Assembly: GCA_951406725.2 (NCBI GenBank)
Contig: OX597820.1
Coordinates: forward strand, 103,850,001 to 103,914,000
Source of the DNA: Octopus vulgaris
Taxonomy: Eukaryota
Direction of reading: 5' to 3'
DNA length: 64,000 nt
The notes under the pieces are model-generated. The model ran no database searches. It worked only from the letters and a program-made list of their open reading frames with translations, and was not told where the DNA came from. Of the stretch, positions 24,530-37,490 are shown one piece after another (the stretch's first letter is position 1; each line of letters begins with the position of its first letter). Made by a program: the position numbers and the translations under genes.

Positions 24530-25124
24530 CTGTAGAGAATAACCTGGAGAGTGGTCGGCACTGCTAGGATGAATAATCGTTTGGCACACCACATGAAGTC
24601 AAAGTATGTTGGGATGACCCAAATTCCCTTTATCTACGGAAAATATATTGTAATTATGATCCTTTTCTAGGGTCATAATTACGTGATATTTTCCAAGAAA
24701 AATATTGAAAATATGTTTCTAGAAGTAATACGTTTCTGTTTGTCATAAACAAAATATATTGCGAAACAAAAAGTTATATGAGTAGTTGTGATGTTCATGC
24801 ATTTTCGAAACATTGGACATTGTTTTCACTTAAATGGAAACCAGTCCGTGAATTCTTATCACTGTTTACCTATATATTATATATGCCGGTGCCCCAGCGT
24901 GACCGCAGCTTTGAAGCTGAAGCAATTTAAAGATTTGTGTGTGTGTGTGTACTAACAACTATCCGCCGAACAGAAATGATAAAATCTGAGTAACAATTCT
25001 GTGATAATTTTGAAGCTTTGATAAAAAGTATATTATTCTACCTTTGGTATTCGAGTACTATCGTTTCCACCGTGTTTTGCATTTATGTGCTCTGCTCACC
25101 GGTGTGTGTGTGTGTATGTGTTTA

Positions 25125-25161
<37 letters not shown>

Positions 25162-25527
25162 GTTTATGTGTGTGAGTGTGTGTATATATAAATATATATA
25201 TACGTTACACATAAACTCAGATACTTCATTTATGTAAGTACACATGTGCTGTTGGTGATATATTTCCTTCTCTGGACTTCTCCGTTTTCCTTTCTGACAA
25301 AGAGCTATGCTCGAAATGTCAAAAACTCTCTCTTTTTACCAAACGTCAAATTAATACATCCCACATACACGTCCTTTTGTTGTTGTTATTTTCAATGCTA
25401 GATTAAACGATTTGGCTACACATATAAATAGATATACACATATCTATGAATAAATATATATATGTACATATAGCTCCTGCCATAACAAAGTACGATGCTT
25501 AATTAAGACAATTAAAAAAAATGCAAG

Positions 25528-25609
25528 CGACGAGGATGAGATTCGAACTCACGCGGGGAGACCCCAATGGATTAGCAGTCCATCGCCTTAACCACTCGGC
25601 CACCTCGTC
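25528..25609 (-). tRNA. tRNA-Ser-GCT: tRNA-Ser(GCT)
   Basis: Identical to 23444-23525, with an oligo-T terminator downstream. Confidence 0.97.
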
Positions 25610-26042
25610 AACAAGTGACTACAGTAACCATTTGTTTGCTTTATTTGAAAATTAATAAGCAAAACCTACCAGATAGTTGAATGTCTGTTAATGCCTTCAT
25701 ATTGATTTACTCGCCCTGACACATAAAATGACAACGTATTTAGGTATAATAGCCAACATTCAAAGTTCAATACCTGCAGGGATCAGTTAAGCCACCTGTC
25801 AGCACAGGGTCGAAAAACTACTTACACTTCGAATACTATAATGATTTTGTCGATGGCATCATAATTCAAAAGTACAATGAATCGATTTGCTGAAAGGGAA
25901 AACGCATAAGCTTTGAGGTGTCCTTCATACGAGTTATATCTAATAGTGAATATTCACCATCAGATAATATGATTCTCAGATGAAGGACATTGCTCGAAAC
26001 GTTTGTATTTTCCTCTTCCTCATAACAAATCAGTTCATTCTA

Positions 26043-27329
26043 TTGGGTTGTCAGGAAAGTTCGTACTGATTTTTAAAGGAAAGAAAAAAGTCAATAAATA
26101 CTTACCATTACATTTTTAATCAACCAATTATATGAACCATTTTGTTTCACAATACGTCTCCATCTTTCCTTTAACTTGAAAACATCCTCTTCCCAGAATT
26201 GAAGTGGTTTCATGGCAACGAATTCAGCAAGGTATCTTTTGACGTCATCCAAGGAATTGAAATTTTTACCATTAAGACTATTCTGCAGAGACCTGAATAA
26301 GTGGAAATCCGAAAGAACAATGTCTGATGAATACGGAGGGTGGGGTGACACATCCCAGCCGAGCTGCAGCAATTTTTGTCTGGTTCCCAAAGAAACGTGC
26401 GGTCTTGCATGATCATGTTGGAAAACAACATCCTTCCTGTTGGCCAATTCTAGACGTTTCTCTTGAATTGCTGATTTTAACTCGTCCAGTTGTGTGCAGA
26501 ATTTCTCAGAATTAATTATCTGGTTACTTGGGAGAAGCTCATAGTACAGAATTCCTTTCCAATCCCACCAGACACAAAGCAAGACTTTTTTAGGGTGAAG
26601 ACCCGCTTTTGGGGTGGCTAAGGGTGACTCATGTCACTTACTCCAGGATCGCTTTCTCTGAACATTTCGGTAGATAATCCATTTCTCATCACCTGTCACA
26701 ATTTGCTTTAAAAAAGGTGCGTTTTCATTCCGTTTATAAAGCGAATGACAGATGGAAATGCGATCCAAAAGGTTCTTCTCACTCAACTCATGTGGCACCC
26801 AAGCTTCGTAGCTATTTGTGTTCCCAAGCTTTACCAGGTGCTCATGATCAACGGATTTCGATAGGTTGAGGCTTTCTGCCAATTCTCGGGTTGTGTAATG
26901 TGGGTTATTCTCAATTAATGACTGATTTGGTCATCATCTGTAGTGGATGGTCTGCCTGATCACTCTTTATCAATAAGGCTACAATCTCCAGCTCGGAACC
27001 TTGCGAACCACTTCCGTACAGTTCTTTCGGATAAAGAAACATTACTGTAAACTGCACATATTTCTTTGGTTGCTTGTGAGGCATTTTTCCCTTTACGGAA
27101 AAAGAAAAGCATCAAGTTCCGAAAATGAGCTTTCTTATCTTCCATTTTAAAGGATTACAGAATTAATACAGGTTATAGGAACATAAACCTCCTTCCACGA
27201 AAAGATAGCTTGAACCGTGCTCTAAATGGAGGTGTAGTCAAATCCTATTTTATGGACTCAACCATGTTCTAAAATAAGTCGAAAGGTAAGCTACTATATA
27301 AATCGGCACGAACTTTCCGGACAACCTAA
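26043..27329 (-). mobile_element. Full-length defective mariner transposon (mellifera-subfamily-like)
   Basis: TIRs of about 28 bp (TTGGGTTGTC..GAAAGTTCGT), TA on the left. Transposase pieces MEDKKAHFRNLMLFFFRKGKNASQA, WVPHEL, GDEKW, HDHARPH, HPPYSSDIVLSD, broken by stops and frameshifts. Confidence 0.93.
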
Positions 27330-27499
27330 AACTTTTTTCAACTGCAATATTCGAAATGAAACTTTTTTATTGGCCCCAAAAGGAGGGAAGGCGAAACTGA
27401 TCCCTGAGAAAACTGAACGTAGCTCTTAGTCAATTAAATACTGAGCACGATACGCTGCCATTCCTATGTCAAATCGAGAAAATCTTTTCTGAAATTTTA

Positions 27500-28170
27500 T
27501 GAATGGGGGCTAGTCAATTACATCGACCCTGGTACTCAACAGGAACTTATTTTATCCACCCCGAAGAGATGATAAGCAAAGTCGACCTCAGTGAAAATTG
27601 AACCCAAAAGGTGAAGCCGGAAGAAATACCTATTTCTTTAATACCCACAAGGGGCTAAACACAGAGAGGACAAACAAGGAGAGACAAACGGATTAAGTCG
27701 ATTATATCAACCCCAGAGCGTAACTGGTACTTATTTAATCGACCCCGTAAGGATGAAAGGCAAAGTCGACATCGGCGGAATTTGAACTCAGAACGTAAAG
27801 ACAACTTAGCGGCAGACGAAATACCTATTTCTTTACTACCCACAAGGGGCTAAATACAGAGAGGACAAACAAGGACAGACAAACGGATTAAGTCGATTAC
27901 ATCGACCTCCACTGCGTAACTGGTACTTATTTAATCGACCCCGAAAGGATAAAAGGTATAGTCGACCTCGGAGGAATTTGAACTCAGAACGTAACGGCAG
28001 ATAAAATACCTATTTCTTTACTTCCCACATGGGGCTAAACACAGAGAGGACAAACAAGGACAGACAAACGGTTTAAGTCGATTACATCGACCTCCAGTGC
28101 GTAACTGGTACTTATTTAATCGACCCCGAAAGGATGAAAGGCAAAGTCGACCTTGGCGGAATTTGAACTT
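27500..28170 (-). mobile_element. SINE family B, tandem array (paralogous array at about 36290-36855)
   Basis: Units of about 170-190 bp containing GAGTTCAAATTCCGCCGAGGTCGACTTTGCCTTTCATCC. Confidence 0.85.
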
Positions 28171-28171
28171 T

Positions 28172-28375
28172 CATACAGTTCGATAGCAAGTTGTGGGTCC
28201 GTAGAGATACCCCTAATGCGTTTGATGTACTAATGGGAAGTACAGACAGCACCCAGATAGCCGATTTGGTCGGAATTTATATTCTTTATGAAATGGCCGA
28301 CCAATTCCCAGACATCTGTGGAGGTCTTTATCGCGACGATTGTCTGCTTTACCTCCAAAACGCTTCGAACCAAAA
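28172..28375 (+). pseudogene. Penelope-like RT core fragment
   Basis: FDVLMGSTDSTQIADLVGIYIL...GGLYRDDCL, RT motifs including YxDD. Confidence 0.75.
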
Positions 28376-28978
28376 AAATACAGTATCGATCTATTGCATT
28401 TCAATCTTTTTTAGGGTTAGGGTTAGTTAGGGTTAGGGGTGGGGGGAAGGGTATCTTTTTTTCTTCACAAATGTAAATAAACCCAATCTGTTTCTTTAAC
28501 GAGGGACATATTCATACGGCACAGAATGTTTTTTTTACCTCAATAGACATCAGTGATTGGTTGAAATTGCAGAAATTGAAAAAAAAAACAACAAATATCT
28601 TACAAACTATAGAATTTTCTCAATAAAGCCAAGAGAAAAAGATGTCTTATAAACACATTCTACCAGTATATGAAATTTAAAATTTTTTAGTTACGTAGAA
28701 ATTATGTTAAAAATTGCCGTTCAAACCGAAAATATCCAAAGAATTAAGTCAGATGCAATGTAATTTGAAATAATGTCGATATACTAATGTCAAGCAAAAC
28801 ATAAAATGAAATCCGTTGTAGGGACTTCTTAAGTGGCCTCAATTACGTCGTTTTAGTGAAAGTAGAAAGCGGTTTGTAATTTCTAGTTATTGTTACTCTA
28901 CCTAATATTTCATGTCTAAGCAGGCTACAGTATTTAAATAAAATAATGACCAAAAAAACAATAAATAGAAAAAGGAAA

Positions 28979-29060
28979 CGACGAGGATGAGATTCGAACT
29001 CACGCGGGGAGACCCCAATGGATTAGCAGTCCATCGCCTTAACCACTCGGCCACCTCGTC
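28979..29060 (-). tRNA. tRNA-Ser-GCT: tRNA-Ser(GCT)
   Basis: Identical copy inside the inverted duplicate. Confidence 0.97.
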
Positions 29061-29364
29061 AACGAGTAATAATTACTCATTGTTCTCTTTATTGATAGAT
29101 TAGCAACAAACGATAACTGTTTAACAGTTGAATGTTTATCGCTGTCTTTATTGATTTTCTCGACATAACATATAAATGCCAATGTAGTGAACTTTTTGAT
29201 TGAATTATTTCGCTACGAGTTTAAAACGTGCTTGGATGTTAATTGTGAACTGCGTACTGGTGCTCGTAGAAACGTCACAAAAATGATGGCCAGTTTTCCC
29301 TATGTAAAGAAATTTGCTGAATTTGTAAGTGATAAAAAGATATACGTATATGTATGTAAATGTA

Positions 29365-29720
29365 TCTATTTACTATGCTACGCCAGACTTCACGGTCCAT
29401 CATGACATTACGGAGGTCCTGTTGCTGGATGCCTGTACCCCTGGAGATTACATCAGTGTAGGTGAGCGTGCGCCCTCTGGTATCGCGAGCAGATGGCTTC
29501 CAGAGGAGAAGAGTAGAAATTACTTCTTTTTCAGCTCTACAACAATGTCCAACAAACTGGACTCTTCTACCTTTCACAAGAGATGATACAGGTGTTGTAC
29601 TTTGGTTGGATGACGCTTCCACGAGAGATTTTGAGCTCTCATAAGGAGTGTAAGTTCCATCCAACCGCCTCTCAAGCGTCTTTGATAACGTCCAGATTTC
29701 TGAGCCATATAGTAGAATTG
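29365..29720 (-). pseudogene. LINE (RTE/RTE-X-like) 3' fragment
   Basis: ILLYGSEIWTLSKTLERRLDGTYT...RRVQFVGHCCR...LLLWKP...MMDREVWR. Confidence 0.75.
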
Positions 29721-29834
29721 TATACACATACACACACACACACAAAACAGTTTACTGTTCCGGTATAGATCAAATCAACAAAAAAGTACTCCATCAGGTG
29801 AGAGATATAATTTTAAATGATTGAATCAAGGCAG

Positions 29835-31845
29835 GTCATATAAGTCTGCTGAATTATCGAGTTTCCCTGGTATGAAACTAGTAGTCGCTCTTATATAAAT
29901 ACTGTGTATATAAATGATATTTATCTCTCTTTAGATGGAGTAATATTTTTGTTGATCCTGCCTATAACAGAACTGTAAACTATATATTTTTAACACATGG
30001 TTTTCTCCTACAACTTCATAATCCACATATGTTTGGCATGATAGCTACGTTAAGTTGAGTGGCTAAGAATTCTCCTAAAATCAATACACACAGTTATGAA
30101 TTTATACTACATGCATTACTCTATAAAGAATATACCTAAACCACCAAATAGCCTAATATCTTAGGAAGCTTTTGGGAAAAGTTGAAAACCTCGTGAGATG
30201 GAAGGCCTTATTTTTTTATGCACGTCCATTGAAATTTATGAACTAAAAATACGTAAATAACCACTCCAGATGAAAGATTTATCCCCTTTTGAGGCAGACC
30301 TCCTTAATTTAGTAACAAATATAAGATTTCTTAAGTAATATAATTCTCTCCAAATTAAACTAAAATCTGATATTAGATATTTTAAAAGTTCTAAAAATGC
30401 TCCAAGATCAATAACCGGTATGAAGTCAGATATGATCGAAATGCTTAGTTAATGCATCACTTCATTTCCACTAAATATAAGAAAGCTAAGATAGATAGAT
30501 ACAGTGATGTTAACGATGAGATTAAATTCCTCTCTAAAAGAAGTAAAATTGATGACAGTGTAGCGTGGCAGTTTCAGCTATTTTGAAATATGACTATAGC
30601 GATTGCTAATATCTTCACTGTGTGAAAGGCAAGGCAGAAATGATCTCGTTTGAGGTTACAACCATCTTTGGTCAACTTGTTCTTGTTCTAAACACTAACT
30701 TGATTGGCTGACAGGTGACACGAGTGGTCTCTACGTGTTTCGCGTCACTGGTTGACATGTGACACGAGGGTCCCTACGTAGTCCGCGCCACTGGTTGACA
30801 CGTGACGCGAATTGTCTCGACTTATTTCGCGCCATAATTGCGAATCAGCCAATCAAGACTTTCGGTTAAAATTCCATTTTCTGGAGTTCGGTGAGCCAAC
30901 CAAACAGTATATAAAGCAGGGTTCTACAGACACTTATGTCTTGAGTTCCAGTTCTTCTAAGAACTAACTTAGGCCACCTGCTGCTCAACTTAGAGATATG
31001 CGATTGTCTCTGCTACTACCTGTTGCTACGCTAATCTATACCACCACTGAAAGCCTCTCGAGTAGATTCCAGCACCTTGCCCTATGAGCAGTAAACTAAA
31101 TGCCATTGTTAATTCTATGTTCAGTACCTTTGGGTATGCTTCACGCCACCCGAACACACAGACACAAAACATGTTAACGCTTACGAACTCTTAAAATCCA
31201 CATGATTGTAAATTATGTAAAATAAATAATATTTATCTACCAACAGAAGACTTGTGTCAATTCACTTGTGTCCTATTGTCGTTGTATGTATTTTATGGCT
31301 TTGAATAATTCGTTAAGAGTAGAACCGCGTGCGATCGTATTTCCTACACGATACGACCACATGTGATCCTATTTCTTACAACAGGTTAGAATACTTAGCT
31401 GAAAGAGAAAGTTCCATTGCTTTAAAAGATCACAAACTAAAAGATATCAGTAATAAACTACCCAAAATTTTCAGAAATTGCACAGCAATTGCAAGCACTT
31501 GAAGAAATTTCTCGTGTAGAATCCTCTCTGGATTAAGCTGCTGTCTCGCAGACTTTGACCTCCTCACCCCTATGTTATTCTACACCAGCTAGATTGATTA
31601 TGATTTCTAAAGACAAAGAAGACGCAACATTTTTTTTGTCCTTTCTTTCCCCGTTTTTATTCCAGTTTTTGCATCAACCTTTATGTGTTTTCTCACAAGC
31701 CAGCGCAATAGTTTTTATATAGGGCTAACCATGTACACTCAGCCTGAAAGGTTACTTGGAGACTCAAGGCACGTTAGATAGATTTACCGAATTATCGAGT
31801 TTCCATGGCATGAAACTATTAGTAGCACTTATTTAAATACTGTGT
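29835..31845 (+). mobile_element. Decayed Penelope-like element with short direct terminal repeats, interrupted by a solo LTR
   Basis: Repeat of about 60 bp (GAATTATCGAGTTTCC..TGAAACTA..AAATACTGTGT) at about 29850 and 31788. Remnants FEADLLNLVTNIRF and KIDD|RLEYLAERESSIALKDHK rejoin across the LTR. Confidence 0.55.
30559..31380 (+). mobile_element. Solo LTR (822 bp)
   Basis: TGTA...TACA ends, 4-bp TSD ACAG (30555-30558 and 31381-31384), CCAAT boxes, TATATAAA at about 30908, AATAAA at about 31221. Confidence 0.85.
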
Positions 31846-34102
31846 GTGTGTATGTCTCTGTGTGTACATATGTACATGGTATGCATGTATGTATGTATAT
31901 ATATGTATGTATGTATGAATGTATGTATGTATGTATGTATGTATGTATGTATGTATGTATGTATGTATGTATGTATGTACGTATGTATGTATGTGTGTGT
32001 GTGTGTATGATTGTATGTATGTATGATTGTGCGTATGTACGTATGTATGTATGTATGTATCTTACAGATATTGGTTTTTACCTTTCGTCTTTCGGGGTTG
32101 ATGAAATTGTTATTCTTTGATTAAAATAGTGATTTAGTCGACTGTGAAATAGTTTTTAAAATGTCCAAGGAATTGTATGTCTGTGTCGTTGTAGAGAATC
32201 TCATTACCACTCGCTGGTAATATAGGAAAATGCTGTTGCGAGAGATGTAGAGCAACATAAGTTTCTTACGAAGAATGTTTCCTCTTAGCTGTGTGCGTGC
32301 ACGCACACCTTTTCGTTACGTTCTGAGTTCAAATTCCGCCGAGGTCAACTTTGATTTTCATCCTTTCGGGGTCGATAAATAAAGTACCAGTTTCGCATTG
32401 GGGGCGATATAATCGACTCAATCCCTTCGTCTGTCCTTGTTTGTCCCCTCTATGTTTAGCCCCTTCTGTGCAGTAAAGAAATATATTTAGGGGGAAAAAA
32501 ATGTGTGCAGACAAGGTTTTCAAGACGAAATACGAGGTTTGCTTCTTTTTTTTTTTTTTTTTGCTTAAATTTGAGTGATGGTTATTCTCATGGTTGCACA
32601 CAGGCATTGCAAAGAAAGAAAGAAATTGGGATCTTTTCGGTTTGAACGGCAGTTTTTAAAAATAATTTCCACGTAACTAAACACTTTTAAACTTCGTATA
32701 CTGGTAGAATATGTTTATAAAACGTCTTTTTCTTTTGGCTTTATTGAGAAAATTCTATAGTTTGTAAGATATTTGTTGTTTTTTTTCTTCAATTTCTGCA
32801 ATTTCAACCAATCAATGACGTCTATTGAGGTGAAAACATTCTGTGCTGTATGAATATGTCCCTCGTTTAAGAAACAGATTAGGTTTATTTACATTTGTGA
32901 AGAAAAAAGATACCCTTCCCCCCATCCCTAACCCTAACTAACCCTAACCCTAAAACAGATTGAAATGCAATAGATCGATACTAGGGTTATAATTATGGGT
33001 GACAATTTCATATGACACCGCTAGGAAAAACTGCCGTTCAAACCGAAAAGATCCAAAAATTGTGCACAATGAAAATTTCAACACAGACTCATAGTACAAA
33101 TTAAAGAGAACATTGTCAGCGATGCTGGTTCAATTCACAGAATAAACATTTTGTTTCACTTAAGTATTAATTTTGATATTTCTTACTGTAGAGCAGTGAT
33201 TTTCAAACTTTTTGCTGGAGCGGAACACCAAGGAAGCATTCCACTGGCTCGAGGAACCCCTGTGCAATAATTTAATAGTCTTATGCACACATATCTGCAC
33301 AGGAGAATTAAAAATTACTGCCGATTTTAGCAGTTTTGTAACTTCTTGCGGAACCCCTGGACTATACTGGCGGAACCCTAAGGTTCCGCGGAACACTGGT
33401 TGAAAACCACTGCTGTAGAGAATAACCTGGAGAGTGGTCGGCACTGCTAGGATGAATAATCGTTTGGCACACCACATGAAGTCAAAGTATGTTGGGATGA
33501 CCCAAATTCCCTTTATCTACGAAAAATATATTGTAATTATGATCCTTTTCTAGGGTCATAATTACGTGATATTTTCTAAGAAAAATATTGAAAATATATG
33601 TTTCTAGAAGTAATACGTTTCTGTTTGTCATAAACAAAATATATTGCGAAACAAAAAGTTATATGAGTAGTTGTGATGTTCATGCATTTTCGAAACATTG
33701 GACATTGTTTTAACTTAAATGGAAACCAGTCCGTGAATTCTTATCACTGTTTACCAATATATTATATATGCCGGTGCCCCAGCGTGACCGCAGCTTTGAA
33801 GCTGAAGCAATTTAAAGATTTGTGTGTGTGTGTGTACTCACAACTATCCGCCGAACAGAAATGATAAAATCTGAGTAACAATTCTGTGATAATTTTGAAG
33901 CTTTGATAAAAAGTATATTATTCTACCTTTGGTATTCGAGTACTATCGTTTCCACCGTGTTTTGCATTTATGTACTCTGCTCACCTGTGTGTGTATATAT
34001 AAATATATACGATACGTTACACACAAACACAGATACTTCATTTATGTAAGTACACATGTGCTGTTGGTGATATATTTCCTTCTCTGGACTTCTCCGTTTT
34101 CC

Positions 34103-34135
34103 TTTCTGACGAAGAGCTATGCTCGAAATGTCAAA
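34103..34135 (+). ncRNA. Minimal type-I hammerhead motif, GAGC/GCUC stem-II family (paralog at 25291-25323 has G8 mutated)
   Basis: UUU CUGACGA A GAGC-UAU-GCUC GAAA UGU C AAA. Confidence 0.6.
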
Positions 34136-34319
34136 AACTCTCTTTTTTACCAAACGTCAAATTAATACATCCCACATACACGCCCTTATGCTAACTTATT
34201 CGATTTGACTACACATATAAATAGATATACACATATATATGTATAAATATATATACATACATATAGCTCTGCCATAACAAAGTACGATGCTTAATTAAGA
34301 CAATTAAAAAAAATGCAAG

Positions 34320-34401
34320 CGACGAGGATGAGATTCGAACTCACGCGGGGAGACCCCAATGGATTAGCAGTCCATCGCCTTAACCACTCGGCCACCTCGT
34401 C
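34320..34401 (-). tRNA. tRNA-Ser-GCT: tRNA-Ser(GCT)
   Basis: Identical copy inside the direct duplicate. Confidence 0.97.
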
Positions 34402-34837
34402 AGCGAGTGACTACAGCAATCAATTTGTTTGCTTTATTTGAAAATTAATAAACAAAACCTACCAGATAGTTGAATGTCTGTTAATGCCTTCATATTGATT
34501 TACTCGCCCTGACACATAAAATGACAACGTATTTAGGTATAATAGCCAACATTCAAAGTTCAATACCTGCAGGGATCAGTTAAGCCACCCGTCAGCACAG
34601 GATCGAAAAAATACTTACTCTTCGAATACTATAATGATTTTGTCGATGGCATCATAATTCAAAAGTACAATGAATCGATTTGCTGAAAGGGAAAACGCAA
34701 AAGTTTTGAGGTGTGTCCTTCATACGAGTTATATCTAATAGTGAATATTCACCATCAGATAATATGATTCTCAGATGAAGGACATTGTTCGAAACGTTTG
34801 TATTTTCCTCTTCCTCACAATAAATCAGTTCATTCTA

Positions 34838-36118
34838 TTGGGTTGTCCGAAAAGTTCGTGCCGATTTTTAAAGGAAAGAAAAAGGTCAATAAATAATTAC
34901 CATTACATTTTTAATCAACCAAATATGAACCATTTTGTTTCACAATACGTCTCCATCTTTCCTTTAACTTGAAAACACCCTCTTCCCAGAATTGAAGTGG
35001 TTTCATGGTAACGAATTCATCAAGGTATCTTTTGACGTCATCCAAGGAATTGAAATTTTTACCATTAAGACTATTCTGCAGAGACCTGAATAAGTGGAAA
35101 TTCGAAGGAGCAATATCTGATGAATTTGGAGGGTGGGGTAACACATCTCAGCCGAGCTGCAGCAATTTTTGTCTGGTTCCCAAAGAAACGTGCGGTCTTG
35201 CATGATCATGTTGGAAAACAACATCCTTCCTGTTGGCCAATTCTGGACGTTTCTCTTGAATTGCTGCTTTTAACTCGTCCAGTTGTGTGCAGAATTTCTC
35301 AGAATTAATTATCTGGTTACTTGGGAGAAGCTCATAGTACAGAATTATTTTCCAATCCCACCAGACACAAAGCAAGACTTTTTTAGGGTGAAAACCCGCT
35401 TTTGGGGTGGCTAAGGGTGACTCATGTCACTTACACCAGGATCGCTTTCTCTGAACATTTCGGTAGATAATCCATTTCTCATCACCTGTCACAATTTGCT
35501 TTAAAAAAGGTGCGTTTTCATTCCGTTTATAAAGCGAATGACAGATGGAAATGCGATCCAAAAGGTTCTCACTCAACTCGTGTGGTACCCAAACATCGTA
35601 GCGATTTGTGTGCCCAAGCTTTACCAGGTGCTATTGATCAACGGATTTCGATAGGTTGAGGCTTTCTGCCAATTCTCGGGTTGTGTAATATGGGTTATTC
35701 TCAATTAATTACTTGATTTGGTCATCATCTGTAGTGGATGGTCTGCCTGATCGCTCTTTATCAATAAGGCTACAATCTCCAGCTCGGAACCTTGCAAATC
35801 ACTTTCGTACAGTTCTTTTGGATAAAGAAACATCACCGTAAACTGCGCATATTTCTTTGGTTGCTTGTGAGGCATTTTTCCCTTTATGGAAAAAGAAAAG
35901 CATCAAGTGCCAAAAATGAACTATTTTATCTTCCATTTTAAAGGGTTACAGAATTAACACAGATTATAGGAACATAAACCTCCTTCCACGAAAAGATAGC
36001 TTAAACTGTGCTCTAAATGGAGGTGTAGTCAAATCCTATTTTATGGACTCAACCGTGTTCTAAAATAAGTCGAAAGGTAAGCTACTATAAATCGGCACGA
36101 ACTTTCCGGACAACCCAA
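34838..36118 (-). mobile_element. Defective mariner, segmental-duplicate copy
   Basis: Same TIRs and same flanks as 26043-27329. Confidence 0.93.
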
Positions 36119-37002
36119 AACTTTTTTCAACTGCAATATTCGAAAATAAACTTTTTTATTGGCCCCCAAAAGGAGGGAAGGCGAAACTGATCCCCGAGGA
36201 AACTGAACGTAGCTCGTAGTCTATTAAATACTGAGCACGATACGCTGCCATTCCTATGTCAAATCGAGAAAATCTTTTCTGAAATTTTATGGATGGGGGC
36301 TAGTCAATTACATCGACCCTGGTACTCAACAGGAACTTATTCTATCCACCCCGAAGAGATGATAAGCAAAGTCAACCTCAGTGAAAATTGAACCCAAAAG
36401 GTGAAGCCGGAAGAAATACCTATTTCTTTACTACCCACAAGGGGCTAAAGATAGAGAAGACAAACAAGGAGAGGCAAACGGATTAAGTCGATTACATCGA
36501 CCCCAGTGCGTAACTGGTACTTATTTAATCGACCCCGAAAGGATGAAAGGCAAAGTTGACCTCGGCGGAATTGGAACTCGCAACGTAACGGCAGACGAAA
36601 TACCTATTTCTTTATTACCCACAAGGGGCTAAACACAGAGAGGACAAACAAGGACAGACAAACGGTTTAAGTCGATTACATCGACCTCCTGTGCATAACT
36701 GGTACTTATTTAATCGACTCCGAAAGAATGAAAGGCAAAGTCGACCTCGGCGGAATTTGAACTCAGAACGTAAAGGGCAGGCGAAATACCGCTAAGCATT
36801 TCGCCCGGCGTATTAACGATTTTGCCAGCTCACTGCTTTTGCCAGCTCATCGCCTTTTGTCCACTTGCAGCTTTTATTTTTCTTAGTACGTTGCTTTCCA
36901 TTTAGAGAAAATCAATAAGAAGACATTAACGAACGCTTAACTGTCAGCCAGTTGTCTGTTATGTATTTTCAAATAGACAACAATAGCAGTGACTTATCAG
37001 TT

Positions 37003-37084
37003 GACGAGGTGGCCGAGTGGTTAAGGCGATGGACTGCTAATCCATTGGGGTCTCCCCGCGTGAGTTCGAATCTCATCCTCGTCG
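37003..37084 (+). tRNA. tRNA-Ser-GCT: tRNA-Ser(GCT)
   Basis: Identical copy with T runs downstream. Confidence 0.97.
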
Positions 37085-37412
37085 ATTATATATTTTGTTT
37101 TTCACTTATTTAAACATCGTATTCTACTGAGGCTGAAGTTATATAGATATTGTGATGGTGACTAGAAATCACGGAGCTGGTTTCCAATTTACCTTAGATA
37201 AAGTTAGTGCGATGTTTCGAAAATGCAAGAACATTACAGCTAATTATTTCACAACATACTTTGTTTGTAATGGTTTCAAATTTTGCAACAAGGGCAGGAA
37301 TTTTGGTGGGAGGGGATGGGTCGATCTAATAAACACCTACCTTTCTCTGTATAAACGCTGCCACAGAACAACAGAATACTTAAATAAGAGAATTAGAGAA
37401 AAAAAAAATGAA

Positions 37413-37490
37413 CGACGAGGATGAGATACGAACTCACGCGGGGAGACCCCAATGGATTAGCAGTCCATCGCCTTAACCACTCGGCCACCT
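37413..37490 (-). pseudogene. tRNA-Ser(GCT) pseudogene
   Basis: First 4 nt of the acceptor stem are replaced by SINE sequence, and the T loop reads TTCGTAT (A58 lost). Confidence 0.9.

Noticed and set aside
25975-26005. CAGAUGA-A-GGAC..GAAACGUU hammerhead-like motif (also at about 34772) and CUGCUGA..GAAACUAGUA at about 29846
   Set aside because: Core substitutions and no credible stem I. At best these are decayed relics.
28411-28446. TTAGGG repeats as a telomere or fusion site
   Set aside because: Only a few units, internal to a repeated MITE.
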